A program made the position numbers and the translations under genes. The notes beneath the pieces are model-generated. The model did not search any database, had not been told where the DNA came from, and saw nothing but the letters and a program-made list of their open reading frames with translations. Positions 61,013-64,000 of a stretch of DNA of 64,000 bases are shown here, piece after piece. Source of the DNA: Endomicrobiia bacterium (lineage in GTDB: Bacteria; Elusimicrobiota; Endomicrobiia; DTEH01); NCBI GenBank assembly GCA_039630545.1, contig JBCNUU010000003.1, positions 173,512-237,511 of the forward strand, read 5' to 3'. How positions within the stretch are numbered: the stretch's first letter is position 1; every line of letters starts with the position of its first letter.

Positions 61013-62047
61013 ATGAAAGTAAAAAGAATAGGTATACTTACAGGCGGTGGAGACTGTCCAGGGCTTAACCCAGCAATAAGAGGAGTAGTATATAGAGCTT
61101 TTTCTGAGGGTATAGAGTGTGTTGGAATTTTAGATGGTTGGAAAGGAATGATCGAAGCAAGAAGTATTCCTTTAACATTAAATGATGTAGAGTATATAGT
61201 AAACAAAGGAGGAACAATTTTAGGAACTTCAAGAACAAATCCTTATAAAAAAGAAGCAGGACCAGAAAAATGTGTTGAAACATTAAAAAAACTTAATCTT
61301 GATGCTTTAATAGCAATGGGTGGAGAAGATACTTTGGGTGTTGCAAATAGACTTTATAAAGAAAAAAACTTTCCTGTAGTAGGAGTTCCTAAAACAATGG
61401 ATAATGATCTTTCTGCTACAGATTATACTTTCGGTTTTGATACTTCTGTTACGGTTGCTGTAGACGCAGCTGAAAGACTAATTGATACAGGAAGATCTCA
61501 CAGAAGAATTATGGTTTTAGAAGTAATGGGAAGACATGCTGGTTGGGTTGCTTTGTTTACAGGAGTTGCTTCTGCAGCAGACTGGATTTTAATTCCTGAA
61601 GAAGAAGTGAACATAGAAAAAATGTGTGAACATCTTAAAAAAGTATATGAAAGAAAAAAAACCGCATTAGTTGTTGTATCTGAAGGTGTAATTCTACCTG
61701 GTATAAAACCAGAGAAAGAAGAACTTGATGAGTTTGGTCACATGATACTTAAAAAAAGAGGTATAGGAGAGCAGGTTGCAGAAGTAATAGAAAAAAACAC
61801 AGGAATAGAAACAAGAGTTGCTGTGATAGGACATATTCAAAGAGGTGGTGCACCAACACTTTTTGATAGAATTTTAGGGCTAAGAGTTGGCGTAAAAGCG
61901 GTAGAGTTGGTTTTGGAGGGTAGATTTGGATATATGGTTGCACTTAAAGGCAATGAAGTGGTTCCTGTTTCTTTAGAGGAAGCCACAGGAAAACTTAAAA
62001 CAGTAGATGCCAACTGGATAACTTTTATGAAGAATTTTTTTAAATGA
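61013..62047 (+). CDS. pfkA: 6-phosphofructokinase, group III (mixed ATP/PPi clade)
   Basis: TGGGDCPGLN, GGTILGTSR, GGEDT, PKTMDND, EVMGRHAGW, GHIQRGG. Confidence 0.93.
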   Translation: MKVKRIGILTGGGDCPGLNPAIRGVVYRAFSEGIECVGILDGWKGMIEARSIPLTLNDVEYIVNKGGTILGTSRTNPYKKEAGPEKCVETLKKLNLDALIAMGGEDTLGVANRLYKEKNFPVVGVPKTMDNDLSATDYTFGFDTSVTVAVDAAERLIDTGRSHRRIMVLEVMGRHAGWVALFTGVASAADWILIPEEEVNIEKMCEHLKKVYERKKTALVVVSEGVILPGIKPEKEELDEFGHMILKKRGIGEQVAEVIEKNTGIETRVAVIGHIQRGGAPTLFDRILGLRVGVKAVELVLEGRFGYMVALKGNEVVPVSLEEATGKLKTVDANWITFMKNFFK

Positions 62048-62070
62048 ATTAACGAGGAGGGTATAGCAAT

Positions 62071-63459
62071 ATGGTTTTAAGATTTAACAAACACAGAAGA
62101 ACGCTTGAACAAGACGAATACAGATACGAACTTCAAGATGTAGATGAGCCTAACTTGTTTAGAGATATTTTTTCATATGAAGAAATTCCTAAAATTCCAT
62201 TTAATCACCGCTTAGTACCAATGAATCCTGCAGAAGAAATATGGATTACAGACACAACCTTTAGAGATGGTCAGCAAGGTTTTGGAAATTTTACAGTAGA
62301 ACAAATTGTTGACCTTTATAAACTCATGTCAGAACTTTCGGGGCCAAATGGTGTGATAAGACAGACAGAGATGTTTATTTATACTGAAAAAGACAGAAAA
62401 GCTCTTGAGGAATGCAGAAAACTGGGACTAAAATATCCTGAAATTACCTCCTGGATAAGAGCAAATGAAAAAGACTTTGAACTTGTAAAACAGATGGGAC
62501 TTAAAGAAACAGGAATACTTGCTTCTGTTTCAGACTATCATATTTTTTATAAATTGAAAATGAAACGAAGTCAGGCAATGGCACAATACTTAAGAATAAT
62601 AGAAAAAGCTCTTGAGATGGGAATAATCCCAAGAGTACACTTCGAGGATATTACAAGAGCTGACTTTTATGGGTTTGTCGTACCATTTGCAAGACAACTT
62701 ATGAAGTTAGCGCACGAAGCGAAAATGCCAGTTAAAATAAGAGCGTGTGATACTTTAGGATACGGTGTAACCTATCCTGGTGCATCATTGCCAAGGAGTG
62801 TTCCTGGTATAATATATGGATTAACACGCCTTGCTGGAGTGCCATCTGAATGGCTTGAATGGCATGGCCACAATGACTTTTATTTTGGAGTTGTTAACGC
62901 TACAACTGCCTGGCTTTATGGATGTTCAGCAGCAAATGGTTCTTTGTTAGGCATAGGAGAAAGGACAGGTAACACTCCAGTTGAAGCTTTAGCTATAGAG
63001 TATGTCGCTTTAAGAGGTGAAACCAACGGCATGGATCTATCTGCAATCACAAGAATAGCAGAATATTTTAAAGAAAAAATTGGCTACAAGATTCCTCCCA
63101 ATCAACCATTTGTTGGTGAAAACTTTGCTAAGACTCGTGCAGGAATACATGCTGATGGACTGTTGAAATACGAAGAGATTTATAATATTTTTAACACAGA
63201 AAAAATTCTTGGAAGAAAACCGGAAGTAGGCATTTCTGATAAATCTGGTTTAAGTGGGATTGCGTATTGGATTAATACAAAGCTCAAAATTCCGGAGAAT
63301 GAGTGGATTCCTAAAAACCATCCAGGTATCCTTAAAATAAAAGAATGGATAGACGAGCAATACAATGTTCATTATAGAGTAAGTGACATTTCTGACGAAG
63401 AAATGTGGGATTTAGTTAAAACTCACTTACCAGATATTTATAACAAATATAAAAAATAA
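62071..63459 (+). CDS. Re-citrate synthase (LeuA-like DRE-TIM metallolyase)
   Basis: EPNLFRDIF.Y.EIPKI.F, ITDTTFRDGQQ, SVSDYHIF.KL, EDITRAD, EWHGHND, GERTGN, TRAGIHADG; no LeuA regulatory domain. Confidence 0.82.
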   Translation: MVLRFNKHRRTLEQDEYRYELQDVDEPNLFRDIFSYEEIPKIPFNHRLVPMNPAEEIWITDTTFRDGQQGFGNFTVEQIVDLYKLMSELSGPNGVIRQTEMFIYTEKDRKALEECRKLGLKYPEITSWIRANEKDFELVKQMGLKETGILASVSDYHIFYKLKMKRSQAMAQYLRIIEKALEMGIIPRVHFEDITRADFYGFVVPFARQLMKLAHEAKMPVKIRACDTLGYGVTYPGASLPRSVPGIIYGLTRLAGVPSEWLEWHGHNDFYFGVVNATTAWLYGCSAANGSLLGIGERTGNTPVEALAIEYVALRGETNGMDLSAITRIAEYFKEKIGYKIPPNQPFVGENFAKTRAGIHADGLLKYEEIYNIFNTEKILGRKPEVGISDKSGLSGIAYWINTKLKIPENEWIPKNHPGILKIKEWIDEQYNVHYRVSDISDEEMWDLVKTHLPDIYNKYKK

Positions 63460-63464
63460 AAACT

Positions 63465-63536
63465 TCCGGGGTGGTGTAATTGGTAGCACAAGGGACTTTG
63501 GATCCTTTAGTCGTGGTTCGAGTCCACGCCCCGGAG
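63465..63536 (+). tRNA. tRNA-Gln (TTG), CCA not encoded
   Basis: Acceptor stem TCCGGGG/CCCCGGA, anticodon loop CTTTGGA, T-loop GGTTCGAGTCC. Confidence 0.93.
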
Positions 63537-64000
63537 TTTTTTTGGAGACTCAGCCGGTTTTGTTAATAGATAAAATTAAAACATTCTACTATATTCGTTT
63601 GATATGTTTGTTTTATAATTTGAAATCATCCAGTTGTTGTTAAAATAACTTATTCATATGTTTGACTCACCTATTTATATAAGTTACAGAAAAATTTCTA
63701 CTTTGTTGTCTAAAGAAATAAGAAATATGCATTCCTGACTAATGATGGTAGAATAGAAAAGAACTAATAACAAACTTATATGGTTTTAGGTTCAGTATTA
63801 CTAAAATTGGAGAGTTTAACATTTATTTTTGACTAACATGGAACTGTCAAATTGGTTTGAAATAAATAATAAATATTTCAGAGGTTGACTTTGAAATGGA
63901 ATAACTTATTAATGACAAAATCAGTTCAGAAACCGAATTTATCATTTGATAAGATTTGAAAAAAAGTAATTTTAGCATTTCTGATTATAAAATGATAAAA

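Noticed and set aside
62071..63459. Annotation as 2-isopropylmalate synthase (leuA)
   Set aside because: It has RDGQQ and the EPNL.RD.F.Y N-terminus of Re-citrate synthases, and lacks the LeuA regulatory domain and leu context.

Overview
Dense, very AT-rich (GC visually under about 30%) core-chromosome segment of a diderm and probably anaerobic bacterium. LptE and beta-barrel proteins indicate a diderm envelope. Re-citrate synthase, a ferredoxin-fused ETF and the DUF39 homocysteine enzyme suggest anaerobiosis. The gene content suggests Elusimicrobiota, but this is inference only. About 50 CDS lie mostly on the + strand: (dnaG)-rpoD, rplT-ktrBA-pheST, a giant FN3-repeat protein with a T9SS type-B-like CTD plus a PorP/SprF-like barrel-LysM, a degenerate DHp/receiver pair, glyA-wecA-proA-nadD-LCP-pncAB-lptE-holA, rpsT, murJ-uvrC, a Lol-like ABC/LolA-like/OM-barrel cluster, tRNA-Met, addAB, an ECF sigma-era-anti-sigma operon, cdaA-gyrB, etfBA, HD-GYP-yjbQ-spt-cerS-moxR-pfk-Re-citrate synthase and tRNA-Gln. 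I found no CRISPR array, rRNA, IS or prophage. The best candidates for new biology are (1) an adjacent SPT-like plus ceramide-synthase-like pair coupled to a sensor HD-GYP gene, (2) a T9SS-type cargo/shuttle pair with a LysM tether, apparently outside Bacteroidota, (3) a His-less DHp coiled coil paired with a pseudo-receiver-TM-propeller protein, and (4) era inserted inside an ECF sigma/anti-sigma operon. All calls come from motif recognition by eye; no searches were run.
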